From a virus (taxonomy: Duplodnaviria > Caudoviricetes), in IMG/VR virus record IMGVR_UViG_3300032236_001563, positions 1 to 37,720 of that record: a stretch of 37,720 nucleotides of DNA; one strand, given 5' to 3'. The position numbers and the translations under genes were made by a program. The notes beneath the pieces are model-generated. The model was not told where the DNA came from and made no database searches. It saw nothing but the letters and a program-made list of their open reading frames with translations. Positions 9,293 through 18,531 of this stretch are shown here, one piece after another. The stretch's first letter is position 1. Every line of letters begins with the position of its first letter.

Positions 9293-9667
9293 TTATTCAG
9301 TATTTTGAATCGTTCCATTTTCATCCATTTTACCACTTCTAATAGCAGTTCCGCTAATAACCGCAATATCAGCTGGTGGTTCATGATAAATAACATCATA
9401 ACCAACACCTCTACCATAGTTAACACTTTCAATATCCGGAATTATAGAAATTTGTATTCTATGTGAATTTTCCTTGAAAAAAGTAATATCAGATAACTCC
9501 ATCATTACTTCCTGCGCAGATTTTGGGTTATTTTCATCTAAAGGTACATTTCTGATTGCAACCCAAACATCTTTACCTTTATCTAATTGTTGTCTAATCA
9601 ACCACTCATGACCTGCATGCCAATTTTGCCAGCGACCAATATACATCGCATATTTTTTTCCCATCAT
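9293..9667 (-). CDS. HIGH-superfamily nucleotidyltransferase (cytidylyltransferase/NMNAT-like), candidate minimal ATP sulfurylase
   Basis: GRWQNWHAGH (HxGH) and C-terminal ISGTAIR; overlaps the APS kinase gene. Confidence 0.72.
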   Translation of the reverse strand: MMGKKYAMYIGRWQNWHAGHEWLIRQQLDKGKDVWVAIRNVPLDENNPKSAQEVMMELSDITFFKENSHRIQISIIPDIESVNYGRGVGYDVIYHEPPADIAVISGTAIRSGKMDENGTIQNTE

Positions 9668-10101
9668 ATTTTCAATTTTAATCTTAATTCTTGAAATGTT
9701 TCAAATTCACCTCTACTTGTTGTGTCAATATCCACAAAATTCTCTATGGGTGCATCATATTCTAAAACATGAAATTGCTCTCTACCTCTTATATCACTGG
9801 TATGTACGTATATTTCTTTAACACTATCACCCATTTCATGTTTAAATGTTTCTCGCTGTTCTTTATATGGTGAAACCAAAGAAACTATCGCCACACCATT
9901 CTTATGGTGAATAAATTTTGCAATGTTTTGCGCTAATTCAATATTTTTTCTTCTACCAGCTTCAGAATAATCTTGATTATTGAAAATCGCTCTAATATCA
10001 TCACCATCAACGATAATTGCTTTACCAGCAAAATGAGCTTCTAACCATTTAGCCAATGTTGTTTTACCTGCACCCGGCTGCCCTGTTAACCAATATATCA
10101 T
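9664..10101 (-). CDS. cysC: Adenylylsulfate (APS) kinase, short form
   Basis: WLTGQPGAGKTT P-loop, VDGDDIR, YSEAGRRKNI, VSLVSPY..R. Confidence 0.92.
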   Translation of the reverse strand: MIYWLTGQPGAGKTTLAKWLEAHFAGKAIIVDGDDIRAIFNNQDYSEAGRRKNIELAQNIAKFIHHKNGVAIVSLVSPYKEQRETFKHEMGDSVKEIYVHTSDIRGREQFHVLEYDAPIENFVDIDTTSRGEFETFQELRLKLKI

Positions 10102-10136
10102 ACCATAATATAACTAAAATAATGTAAATAAAAAAA

Positions 10137-10751
10137 TTAGCTAATCAATTTACTGTAAATTTTATCAGCTAAATTGGCATGTCCTTCCTCCCCCCAATGA
10201 TAATCCCAGATAAGTCTCTTAGTTTCTTCCATAATGGTTTTTTGTCTTCCAATATGCTTGATTTCGCAATTAAGAACGTTGTTCTCATCGATCCAACACC
10301 AATCTACTAACTTATTATATCTGAACGTATATTTTATCAATTTAATGATATTATTCATTTCATCGATATAGTTTTGATGCCCTCTATTAAGAATTATATC
10401 CTTTATTGAATTAATTGAATAGTTTGATATGTCAACGGTTGGTTGATTAACATGACCTGGGTTTAAGCATTCCCATTGACCATTATTACCAACAACACGA
10501 GTTCTGTACCAATCGGTCCAACCTATAATGATAATATCTTCCTCTTTAATATCATAAAGATGGTTGATAATTTTATCTAATATTGTATGGTTATCGGCTC
10601 CGCCCATACCAAGTGACATTATCTCCAAATTAGATTTTTCAGCGATTATTTCATAGTATGTTTTGGGTGTGTAACCTTTATATTCACAATATTGGCTGTA
10701 GTGACTAAATGGTGTGCTAAACGAATCTCCAAATACCCATAATTTACTCAT
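10137..10751 (-). CDS. SGNH/GDSL-like hydrolase or acyltransferase
   Basis: FGDSFS (block I), GMGGADN, DYHWGEEGH (DxH). Confidence 0.75.
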   Translation of the reverse strand: MSKLWVFGDSFSTPFSHYSQYCEYKGYTPKTYYEIIAEKSNLEIMSLGMGGADNHTILDKIINHLYDIKEEDIIIIGWTDWYRTRVVGNNGQWECLNPGHVNQPTVDISNYSINSIKDIILNRGHQNYIDEMNNIIKLIKYTFRYNKLVDWCWIDENNVLNCEIKHIGRQKTIMEETKRLIWDYHWGEEGHANLADKIYSKLIS

Positions 10752-11377
10752 AACTTGAAATGTTTTTTATTAAATGTGTTTATTGATATATTATTTTTAT
10801 CTAATGCATATGAAAGTGCTAAACCTTCGCCGTTTCCTATTCCACTATAACCAGTATCGGTTGTTAAACTGGTGTACTCAAATACAGGTTTAATTGATTC
10901 AATATCTTTTATTATCTGACCAATATTGTCATTATATGGTAAATGATATATCCACTCTAATATAGTTGTTAAATTTTGATAATTGTACTCAATCTTGTCC
11001 CAATATTTTATTAGAATATCAAAATACGGGTCATTTTTATAACTTGAGAAAGTTTTACCATACGGCCAATTTCCATAATAAAGAAAATCGTTTGATTTTG
11101 TAAATGTCCTGGGAAAACCAAGATCTAAATTTTGTATCCAATCAGCATCAACATAAACAATATCGTCTTTATGTTTTTCAGCTAACTTTAATGGGTATAA
11201 TAATTTATGGAAATATGAAAAGATTTTATGGTCATAATATTCAATCGTACCTAACTTAAAATATTCTGGGCTATCGGTTAAAATATTAACTTCCCAACCA
11301 TTATCAATAAAATTCGCAATATATGGTTCACAGTTTTTTACATATTTTTCACCAACCGCAATTAATGATAAAATCAT
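10748..11377 (-). CDS. Putative GT-A glycosyltransferase-like protein; paralog of 32070-32810
   Basis: ILTD..EYF, FSYFHKL..P, VYVDADW (DxD) and GNGEGLAL; the paralog shares these motifs. Confidence 0.55.
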   Translation of the reverse strand: MILSLIAVGEKYVKNCEPYIANFIDNGWEVNILTDSPEYFKLGTIEYYDHKIFSYFHKLLYPLKLAEKHKDDIVYVDADWIQNLDLGFPRTFTKSNDFLYYGNWPYGKTFSSYKNDPYFDILIKYWDKIEYNYQNLTTILEWIYHLPYNDNIGQIIKDIESIKPVFEYTSLTTDTGYSGIGNGEGLALSYALDKNNISINTFNKKHFKL

Positions 11378-11380
11378 ATT

Positions 11381-11497
11381 CTAATGTTTATACACAAATG
11401 GATCTCTTTTTTTCAATTCTTCCATTTTTTTCTTGAAACGCTTTTTGCGCTTATAATCTTCAATTTTTTCTTTAACCCAATTTAATATTTTTTTCAT
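11381..11497 (-). CDS. Small basic 38-aa protein MKKILNWVKEKIEDYKRKKRFKKKMEELKKRDPFVYKH, not in the ORF track
   Basis: ATG at 11497-11495, TAG at 11383-11381, with 3-nt spacers on both sides. The PFVY end recalls small partners of carbamoyltransferases (SxtK/DUF5989 PFIY). Confidence 0.78.
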   Translation of the reverse strand: MKKILNWVKEKIEDYKRKKRFKKKMEELKKRDPFVYKH

Positions 11498-11500
11498 ATT

Positions 11501-13171
11501 TTAATTTTTATACATAACGAAATTACCCATCACCAAAATATCAATATCAGTATCAAAAAATGTTTCTATCGCATCTTTTGGTGTAAGTACCATTGTTTTA
11601 TCTTTAACATTAAATGACGTGTTCAGTAAAATAGGATATCCACTTAATTTCTCAAATTCGGTTAATAAATCGTGCATTGGTGTATTCCTGTAAACAGTTT
11701 GTACCCTAGCACTTCCATCTACATGTGTTACTGCTGGTAATTTATCTTTATATTGTTCTTTAACTTTAACAACCTGATTCATATATGGTATATCCGTTAA
11801 CATATCAAAATAATCATGTTGTCTTTCTTTTATAACCATAGGTGCAAATGGTCTAAAGCTTTCTCTTTTTTTAATGACTTTGTTGATTCTGTCTTTCATA
11901 CCAGGGTTAGTTGGGTTAGCCAATATTGATCTATTACCTAAAGCTCTAGAACCAAATTCAATATGTCCTTGGAACCAACCAACTACTTTACCTTCATTTA
12001 ATTTTTCAGCAATATATGTTCTTAATTTCATGTCGTCATATATTGAAGTATACTTATGATGACCTATTGCATATCTAATTTTGTTATTATCAAATAACGG
12101 ACCCAAAAAAGGGTTCCTTGTAATTTTAAAATATTTCTTTTCTCTTTCTTTAACTAAATAATGGATTACTGAACCAATTGCAGATCCTGCGTCTGAAGGT
12201 GCTGCTGGTACCCATAAATTTGTGATAAATGTTTTATCAATAATCTTACCATTTGCTGTGCCATTGTAAGCACAACCACCACTTAATGTTAATAAAGTAT
12301 TCTTACTCAATGGTTTAATTGACTTTATAATATCAAATAAAATTTCCTCATATCTTAATTGAACTGCTGCAGCCAAATCTTTATGTGTTTGTTCTAATGG
12401 TTCTTCTGGTAATCTTTGCGGTGCAGTTAATAAACTTGATAGTTTTTCATTGAACATTATTTTATCCGACCTATCCCAACAAAACACGTCCATATTACAT
12501 TCCAACTTACCATTTTTATATGAAATAAGTTTACGAACCTCACTGATGTACTTTTTAGGATCACCATAAGAAGCTAATCCCATAACCTTATATTCACCTT
12601 CATTTGGTCTAAAACCCAAATATGAGGTTATTGCTGAATAATAAAGACCTACTGAATGTGGGTATTTAGCAATTGAACTATATTTTATTCCATTGTTATC
12701 AGCAACACCCATAGATACAGTATCAATCTCACCCACACCATCAATAGACAAACAAGTAGATTCGTTGAAATATGATGTGAAATGTGAATAATGTTGGTGG
12801 GCCTCATGGTGTGTTGAATAGAAAACATTAGGTGATATCTCCTTAAGTTTCTTGTCAACCTCTTTTATATACTTCTTAATTTTAACATATGACATCAATG
12901 AATAAATTGGATTTTTATACCATTGAGATTTTATGTTTTTCAATACTCTTTGATATTTCAACTGAGGGTCTTCGTAATAACAAACTGCTTGTATATTTTT
13001 ATCTGTGATCTTATATTCTTTATAAATGTATTCCAACGCTTTTGTTGGAAAAGAACTATCATGTTTAATACCTGTGAATTTTTCTTCTTCGCATGCGAAT
13101 ACTAATTGATTATTTCTAAATAAACAAACAGATGAGTCGTGATAATATGCCGATATTCCAATTATGTACAT
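11501..13171 (-). CDS. O-carbamoyltransferase, NodU/CmcH/TobZ family
   Basis: GISAYYHDSS, HHEAH, IDGVGE, GEYKVMGLASYG, SGGCAYN, DAGSAIG, EFGSRALGNRSILA, FRPFAP, HVDGSARVQTV, LNTSFN. Confidence 0.96.
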   Translation of the reverse strand: MYIIGISAYYHDSSVCLFRNNQLVFACEEEKFTGIKHDSSFPTKALEYIYKEYKITDKNIQAVCYYEDPQLKYQRVLKNIKSQWYKNPIYSLMSYVKIKKYIKEVDKKLKEISPNVFYSTHHEAHQHYSHFTSYFNESTCLSIDGVGEIDTVSMGVADNNGIKYSSIAKYPHSVGLYYSAITSYLGFRPNEGEYKVMGLASYGDPKKYISEVRKLISYKNGKLECNMDVFCWDRSDKIMFNEKLSSLLTAPQRLPEEPLEQTHKDLAAAVQLRYEEILFDIIKSIKPLSKNTLLTLSGGCAYNGTANGKIIDKTFITNLWVPAAPSDAGSAIGSVIHYLVKEREKKYFKITRNPFLGPLFDNNKIRYAIGHHKYTSIYDDMKLRTYIAEKLNEGKVVGWFQGHIEFGSRALGNRSILANPTNPGMKDRINKVIKKRESFRPFAPMVIKERQHDYFDMLTDIPYMNQVVKVKEQYKDKLPAVTHVDGSARVQTVYRNTPMHDLLTEFEKLSGYPILLNTSFNVKDKTMVLTPKDAIETFFDTDIDILVMGNFVMYKN

Positions 13172-13182
13172 TAATCAATATT

Positions 13183-14322
13183 TTACCCACCGTAATAAAT
13201 GGTATCATTATTTTTTCTTTCTCTCCAAGGATCTAATACAATACTACCTTCTGGAAATATTGTTTCGTTATAAACACCTCTGTGTCCCAACAAGTAAATT
13301 GCTGGTTCAACAATTTGATCATAATATAACCAATCGTAATTTAAATAATGTGCGATTAACTTAGTATATGAACCATCGGTATATAGAACACCTGGTTTGT
13401 AACTTTCACCTAAAATAACTATTGGTAAATCATTTTCATCATGTAATTCTTTCAATTTTTTTGCAATATTATGTGCTTGTTCTTCTCTTGATTTCATTAT
13501 TGCATCAAATAGATCATAACCAAGATCTAAATCTTTAGCTAACCATCTTAACGCAATATTATCTCTTGGGTGACATCCGCCACCATCTCCCATTCCAGCT
13601 TTCATATATGCCGGACCCATAATTCTATAGTTGCTTCTTTCTAACGCACCAGTAACAACATCGGTATTCATATTACCATTTTTCTCCGCAACATCCATTA
13701 TCATATTAACTAATGATAACTTAGTTGATATGAAAGTGTTATAGAATATTTTAATTGCTTCTGCATCATCCCAAGTACCTATTTCACATCTTATGTTTTG
13801 GTTTACAAACGTTTCATAAAACTCAATTAACTTTTTTGCGTCACCTGTTTGAGTTCCATCCTCAGTTCCAATAATAACCATTTCAGGTTTAACCATATCT
13901 TCTTTAACCGTACCCATTGCAATCAAATATGGGTTGTAAATAAAACGATAATTCTCAACTAACGGAATGAACTCACGTCTTGTTGTACCAGGTAAAACCG
14001 TTGATATTAAAACAACCAATTGTTCTTTAGTTGTATATTGATTTATTTCTTTCAATACACTTTTAACGATTGAGTAATCAAAATCTTTTGGTTCTAAATG
14101 TGATGTTGGTTGACTACCGTCATAATCAGGATGGTGTGGTGTAGGTACCGCAATGAATATTATTTCTCTATCTTTACAAACATTTTCTAAAGATGTTGTT
14201 TGATAAATTCTACAATCGTGTATTGGTTTGATATCATAACCCAAAACATCATGACCCGCATCGTGCATAACTTCAGCAGCATCTTTTCCTAATTTTCCTA
14301 TCCCTATAAATCCTATTCTCAT
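13183..14322 (-). CDS. ugd: UDP-glucose/GDP-mannose 6-dehydrogenase family
   Basis: Start reassigned to MRIGFIGIGKLG (14322), which avoids overlap with the upstream gene. Motifs: IAVPTP, STVLPGTT, AEAIKIFYN, catalytic GGGCHPRD, YKPG. The exact sugar substrate is uncertain. Confidence 0.9.
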   Translation of the reverse strand: MRIGFIGIGKLGKDAAEVMHDAGHDVLGYDIKPIHDCRIYQTTSLENVCKDREIIFIAVPTPHHPDYDGSQPTSHLEPKDFDYSIVKSVLKEINQYTTKEQLVVLISTVLPGTTRREFIPLVENYRFIYNPYLIAMGTVKEDMVKPEMVIIGTEDGTQTGDAKKLIEFYETFVNQNIRCEIGTWDDAEAIKIFYNTFISTKLSLVNMIMDVAEKNGNMNTDVVTGALERSNYRIMGPAYMKAGMGDGGGCHPRDNIALRWLAKDLDLGYDLFDAIMKSREEQAHNIAKKLKELHDENDLPIVILGESYKPGVLYTDGSYTKLIAHYLNYDWLYYDQIVEPAIYLLGHRGVYNETIFPEGSIVLDPWRERKNNDTIYYGG

Positions 14323-14323
14323 A

Positions 14324-15133
14324 TTAATATTTTTTATAAAAAATTTCTGAACCAATTCTTTTATTTGATATCATTGGGAACTTTTCATTAAAGCTTTTCA
14401 TATAGTCTTTCATGTTTGTCGCCGTTTCAATACCATGTTCAATTTGATGAATAATGTCATTTGTAATTTTCAAGTCAAATGGTATTTTTGGCATAATTTC
14501 ACTTATAACATATTTGTGATATAAATTTGGCCTAGGATGATAATCATCATATCCCTCCCATTTTTTACTAGTACACCAAATTCTATTGTTAATATATCTT
14601 TTTTTAGCTAAGAAATCATGCACACTAATCAAATCAAATTTAACGTCAGTTTTTACGTAACTAATCAAATCTTTCAGTTCATTACTAGTTTCAACAAAAC
14701 TAAAATAATTGTCAACATCGTTGAATATATCTAGAATGGAACCAAATAGATGATTTACTTGTTTATGTTCTAAGTAATTTTTAATTGCTAGAATACTATA
14801 ATATGACTTAAAACATAACCCTTCAATTGTATATAATTCACCATTATATTTCGATACTTTATCGACATTTGTTACCTGTCCATAACCTAAAAAAATTGGT
14901 GGTGTACCAGTTATTAAATCCCATCTTATTGGTGTTGTAAACATAACAATAATCTGGTCTTCTTTTGTGAAATTGAATTTTCTATCTGCTTCCATTATTC
15001 TATAAAGCATAGATTCATTACCCGAACCTGAAACCCCGATGTTATAACCTTCATTGCCATATAGTATAATGTCAGCCCATGTTGGCCATTCATAATTTGT
15101 GAAACTACATCCAAATGTGAAAATCCTACCCAT
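14324..15133 (-). CDS. SGNH-like protein (GCSF variant)
   Basis: FTFGCSFT..WPTW, NIGVSGSGN, DDYHP. Confidence 0.7.
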   Translation of the reverse strand: MGRIFTFGCSFTNYEWPTWADIILYGNEGYNIGVSGSGNESMLYRIMEADRKFNFTKEDQIIVMFTTPIRWDLITGTPPIFLGYGQVTNVDKVSKYNGELYTIEGLCFKSYYSILAIKNYLEHKQVNHLFGSILDIFNDVDNYFSFVETSNELKDLISYVKTDVKFDLISVHDFLAKKRYINNRIWCTSKKWEGYDDYHPRPNLYHKYVISEIMPKIPFDLKITNDIIHQIEHGIETATNMKDYMKSFNEKFPMISNKRIGSEIFYKKY

Positions 15134-16467
15134 TAAATCAATTTTATTTTATCGACAAAGTTATTCCAGAATTTACTATGGTCTTTGCTTAAATATACAC
15201 TTCTATTTTTTAAAAGTTTAGGCTTAATTAATTTAATTTTTTCCTCCAATTCTTGTCTATTTTCAGGTAAAGTCCATTTTTTTATTTGATTTGCAATGAA
15301 AAACATCTTTTCAAATGATTGTGGCATATCATCATAACTTTCATCAAATAATTCTGGATATGTTTCATAACCAAGATTATGTAATTCTTTCAATGCACCA
15401 GGACTTGCGATCAAAATAAATGGATGACCACAAAAAATCATCTTAAACGTTTTTTCTGTTATAAATGAATTAAGATTATTTACTTGAGTTTCCATAATAA
15501 CACTAAAATACGTGTCTTTCAACCAATCAATATTGGTATACGGCGATGTATTGTAAACATCACTATTATCCATTTTACAACCAGGAAGGTTTCTTTCGTA
15601 AATCTTATCATTGATTTTCAACCATTCGTAAAATTCTTTGTTTTTATCCTCATTAAGTTGATCTTCAATTCTTTTAGGGTCACCATAGAAACATTCATTA
15701 ATATATCTACCTAGTGAATCAAATTCCATCATACCACGACCAAACGGCATGTAACTATATAACGCATTTTCAAGTAGTCCATTATATTCTATTACTTTAT
15801 AATTTAAGTATCTAAAATTTCTGGGTGAACCAATTTGCATTAAAAACGTGTTCTTTTTATTAACAACATTTATATGATCATCAAAATTGAATCCTGGGTT
15901 CAACTTAACCAATCTTCTTGCATAGAATTTTTCAAATGTGTAATTAACAATGTATTTTATCTTTTTTGGGTTATAACATTCATTATTAATTATTCTCGCA
16001 CTAATAAAATCACAACCTACTATTTTTACATTCTTAAAATTTCTAACTTCAGCCCAATCTAATAGTTGTGTTAATTTATTAACGAATTCACCATGATTTA
16101 TAAAGTCAGTTTCAAAATAATTTGTAACCATCAAATATAATGATCCATCATTAATTTGGGTTACGATATGACTAGGTAACCATAATAAACAATTAGGAAA
16201 TTGAAAAGTTCTATCGGAGATAAACACTGGATAGATATTAATATCTTCTTTATTGAATTCATGCTCTAATGTCTTAACAAAATGTAATTCATTTTCATGG
16301 GTTTCCAAATCATTATCATATGACAATACGTTTTTAACTGACTCAAACCACCAAAACACATTCCTAGGCATAAGACGGTAATCAACATGTCTATTTATAC
16401 TTATATCACATAAATTCCAATATGGTTCATCATCCTTAAACTCGTCAAATACAAAATTTACTTTCAT
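15133..16467 (-). CDS. GT-B/GT10 (fucosyltransferase-motif)-like glycosyltransferase; paralog of 23967-25349
   Basis: FSVIMET...FITEKTFK...HPFIL...LHNLGYETY..LFDESYD resembles the GT10 alpha-1,3 motif (EN...YITEK). Confidence 0.62.
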   Translation of the reverse strand: MKVNFVFDEFKDDEPYWNLCDISINRHVDYRLMPRNVFWWFESVKNVLSYDNDLETHENELHFVKTLEHEFNKEDINIYPVFISDRTFQFPNCLLWLPSHIVTQINDGSLYLMVTNYFETDFINHGEFVNKLTQLLDWAEVRNFKNVKIVGCDFISARIINNECYNPKKIKYIVNYTFEKFYARRLVKLNPGFNFDDHINVVNKKNTFLMQIGSPRNFRYLNYKVIEYNGLLENALYSYMPFGRGMMEFDSLGRYINECFYGDPKRIEDQLNEDKNKEFYEWLKINDKIYERNLPGCKMDNSDVYNTSPYTNIDWLKDTYFSVIMETQVNNLNSFITEKTFKMIFCGHPFILIASPGALKELHNLGYETYPELFDESYDDMPQSFEKMFFIANQIKKWTLPENRQELEEKIKLIKPKLLKNRSVYLSKDHSKFWNNFVDKIKLI

Positions 16468-17858
16468 TATATCAATTTAGTTTCAATTAATTTATCAACG
16501 TATTTACATTCCGTATCGAAACCAACAACAACAGTATTTCCTGTTATTTTATTAAAAAATTCTTCGTAATATTTTTTTGTATTTTTCAACCCAATAAATG
16601 CATTAGTGTAATCGGTACAAAATATATTAGATATACTTATGTACTTAGTTTTACCTACCATTTTACTTAATAAAACATTTGGGTTTTGTATTAAATCAAC
16701 ATTTATTAATTCAACATTTGATGATCTTAATTTATCTATTAATAAATTAAAGTTTTCTTCTCCTCCAAAGTAATCATATGTTCTTTGTAAACTACTTAAA
16801 AAACTTTTATCAAATGGTTGGTTACTATTGAAATTGTATGCGCCTCGACCTAAATAATGAAAAAAATTCCTATTGGGATAATTTTTAATCAATTCTTTTA
16901 TATCTCTTATTTTGCTTTCTCTAATATATCTAATCCAATCAAGACAAACATCATTGAAATCATAAATGATCAATTTACCGTCGTCATTTAAGTAATTATT
17001 GTGAAAACTATCTAAAAACTTAAATCCGCCGGCAGGTATCGCAATAGTATCAAATTTCAAGTTATTATAGTTAGACGTCAAAGACATGTTCTCCGAGTTT
17101 AATAACCAAATTTGATTTTTGATTAATAATGGCGTTTGTAATAATTTTACTTGATTTACATTTAATGTTGTGTCAAGTGTTTGCGTTTTTAGACATTCTA
17201 AAAATCTATCAGTGTTTGATTCTGGATAATAATATGTTCTTTTACTTCTGATTTTTTGAGCCCAATTAATAACATCAAACCCATTCTTCAATGCTTCATT
17301 TATAAAATTCCAACCTTGTTTAGAATGGAATCTATTTTCAATTTTACCTGTATTTTTAATCCATAACGGTGTGTAGTCATCATGGAAATTTTCAACACTT
17401 CTTTCAATAACAACTAAATCATCATATTGATTCTCCCATCTACCATATTTTGGGGCACCTGCGTTAATCCAATTTTTGGTATTTACTAAAACAAATTGAT
17501 GATGCAATTCATACCAATCTTCTTTCCATTCTAATATATGACCTGCAGCCATATAATTTGGTGTACTTAATATCTCTTCTTTAATATCAAATATTATAGT
17601 TGCATCATATATTCTCACACCAGCCGCCATAAAAAGTATATGGTCATAATGTTGATTGTGTTTTTCTAATGCTTCATCGATACTATTTTCAATTAAAATA
17701 GTTATTTCGGTATCGGTTATTTCATTAATTCTATTAGCATAAAACTTGGTGAAATCAATCATTCTATCAGACAATTCATCATTATGTAATGTGTCAGCCG
17801 GAAAAATACAAATAGCTAAATTAATATCGTTGATGAAATTATCATTGATTATGTCCAT
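16467..17858 (-). CDS. Hypothetical two-domain enzyme (N-terminal GT-like?, C-terminal SAM-Rossmann-like?)
   Basis: Long ORF coupled to its neighbours. Only weak motifs: IPAGGF, IIYDFN, NVDLI, ISISNIF. Confidence 0.45.
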   Translation of the reverse strand: MDIINDNFINDINLAICIFPADTLHNDELSDRMIDFTKFYANRINEITDTEITILIENSIDEALEKHNQHYDHILFMAAGVRIYDATIIFDIKEEILSTPNYMAAGHILEWKEDWYELHHQFVLVNTKNWINAGAPKYGRWENQYDDLVVIERSVENFHDDYTPLWIKNTGKIENRFHSKQGWNFINEALKNGFDVINWAQKIRSKRTYYYPESNTDRFLECLKTQTLDTTLNVNQVKLLQTPLLIKNQIWLLNSENMSLTSNYNNLKFDTIAIPAGGFKFLDSFHNNYLNDDGKLIIYDFNDVCLDWIRYIRESKIRDIKELIKNYPNRNFFHYLGRGAYNFNSNQPFDKSFLSSLQRTYDYFGGEENFNLLIDKLRSSNVELINVDLIQNPNVLLSKMVGKTKYISISNIFCTDYTNAFIGLKNTKKYYEEFFNKITGNTVVVGFDTECKYVDKLIETKLI

Positions 17859-18531
17859 ATAAAAAATTAGTATACTTTATCGATTCATTAATTAATTTTG
17901 GATTAATATGCCCATGTACTATTACATGATATCTATCTTCGTTTGAGTTATTCCAAACAGCGTGTTCTCTTCCTAAATCTAGAAAAACACCTCTTCCCTT
18001 TTTAAATGGTACAATACCATCATTCTTAAATCCAAATTGACAACCTTCTGGGTTATTGATTGCAATATTGAAAGGGCCAAAAATTCTACCCTTACCATCA
18101 GTATGTGGCATTACAAATCCACCGGCTTCCAACTTCATTATCCTAACTCTATCATACTTTTCATAATTCAATGATTTTATGAATTCTGTTAATTTAGGTA
18201 AGTATTCACACACATCAGTCCAGTGATAATTTGCTTCATCTTGCGTTTTAAATCCATATCTATCAAAATGTTCTGTTTTGCTACTGTCAATACCATGTAA
18301 TGTAACAGCATTCCATCCCTCATGATTATATGAATTCAATTTATCTTTATCTCTATGTTTAACAAAATATGTATTTTCTAATGATTTTATTTCTTCTAAC
18401 ATTTCATCAAAATCATTATCAAAATCAATAACAGAGTACGGCCAATTACAATTAACGTCAAATATATTTTCAGGGATGTTTGTTGGTTCCCATTTTGCAT
18501 TAATACTATCGTTAAAAAATCTTTCTATCAT
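17842..18531 (-). CDS. Aspartyl/asparaginyl beta-hydroxylase-family 2OG-Fe(II) oxygenase
   Basis: RVRIMKLEAGGFVMPHTD and EHAVWNNSNEDRYHVIVH. Confidence 0.85.
   Translation of the reverse strand: MIERFFNDSINAKWEPTNIPENIFDVNCNWPYSVIDFDNDFDEMLEEIKSLENTYFVKHRDKDKLNSYNHEGWNAVTLHGIDSSKTEHFDRYGFKTQDEANYHWTDVCEYLPKLTEFIKSLNYEKYDRVRIMKLEAGGFVMPHTDGKGRIFGPFNIAINNPEGCQFGFKNDGIVPFKKGRGVFLDLGREHAVWNNSNEDRYHVIVHGHINPKLINESIKYTNFLYGHNQ

Noticed and set aside
3051-11383. Amber (TAG) recoding or readthrough: mini-ORF MSNTNL-TAG-ATG (3071-3051) and the 38-aa ORF TAG (11383-11381) are both in frame with the next gene
   Set aside because: All long genes are intact under the standard code with no internal TAG. 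The DUF2061 gene ends normally at TAG. In-frame adjacency has a 1-in-3 chance each. Genome-wide code 11 versus 15 coding density would settle it.
14323-14355. Listed N-terminal extension MVQKFFIKNIN of the dehydrogenase
   Set aside because: It overlaps the upstream gene. The Rossmann motif begins right at Met 14322, just after the upstream stop.
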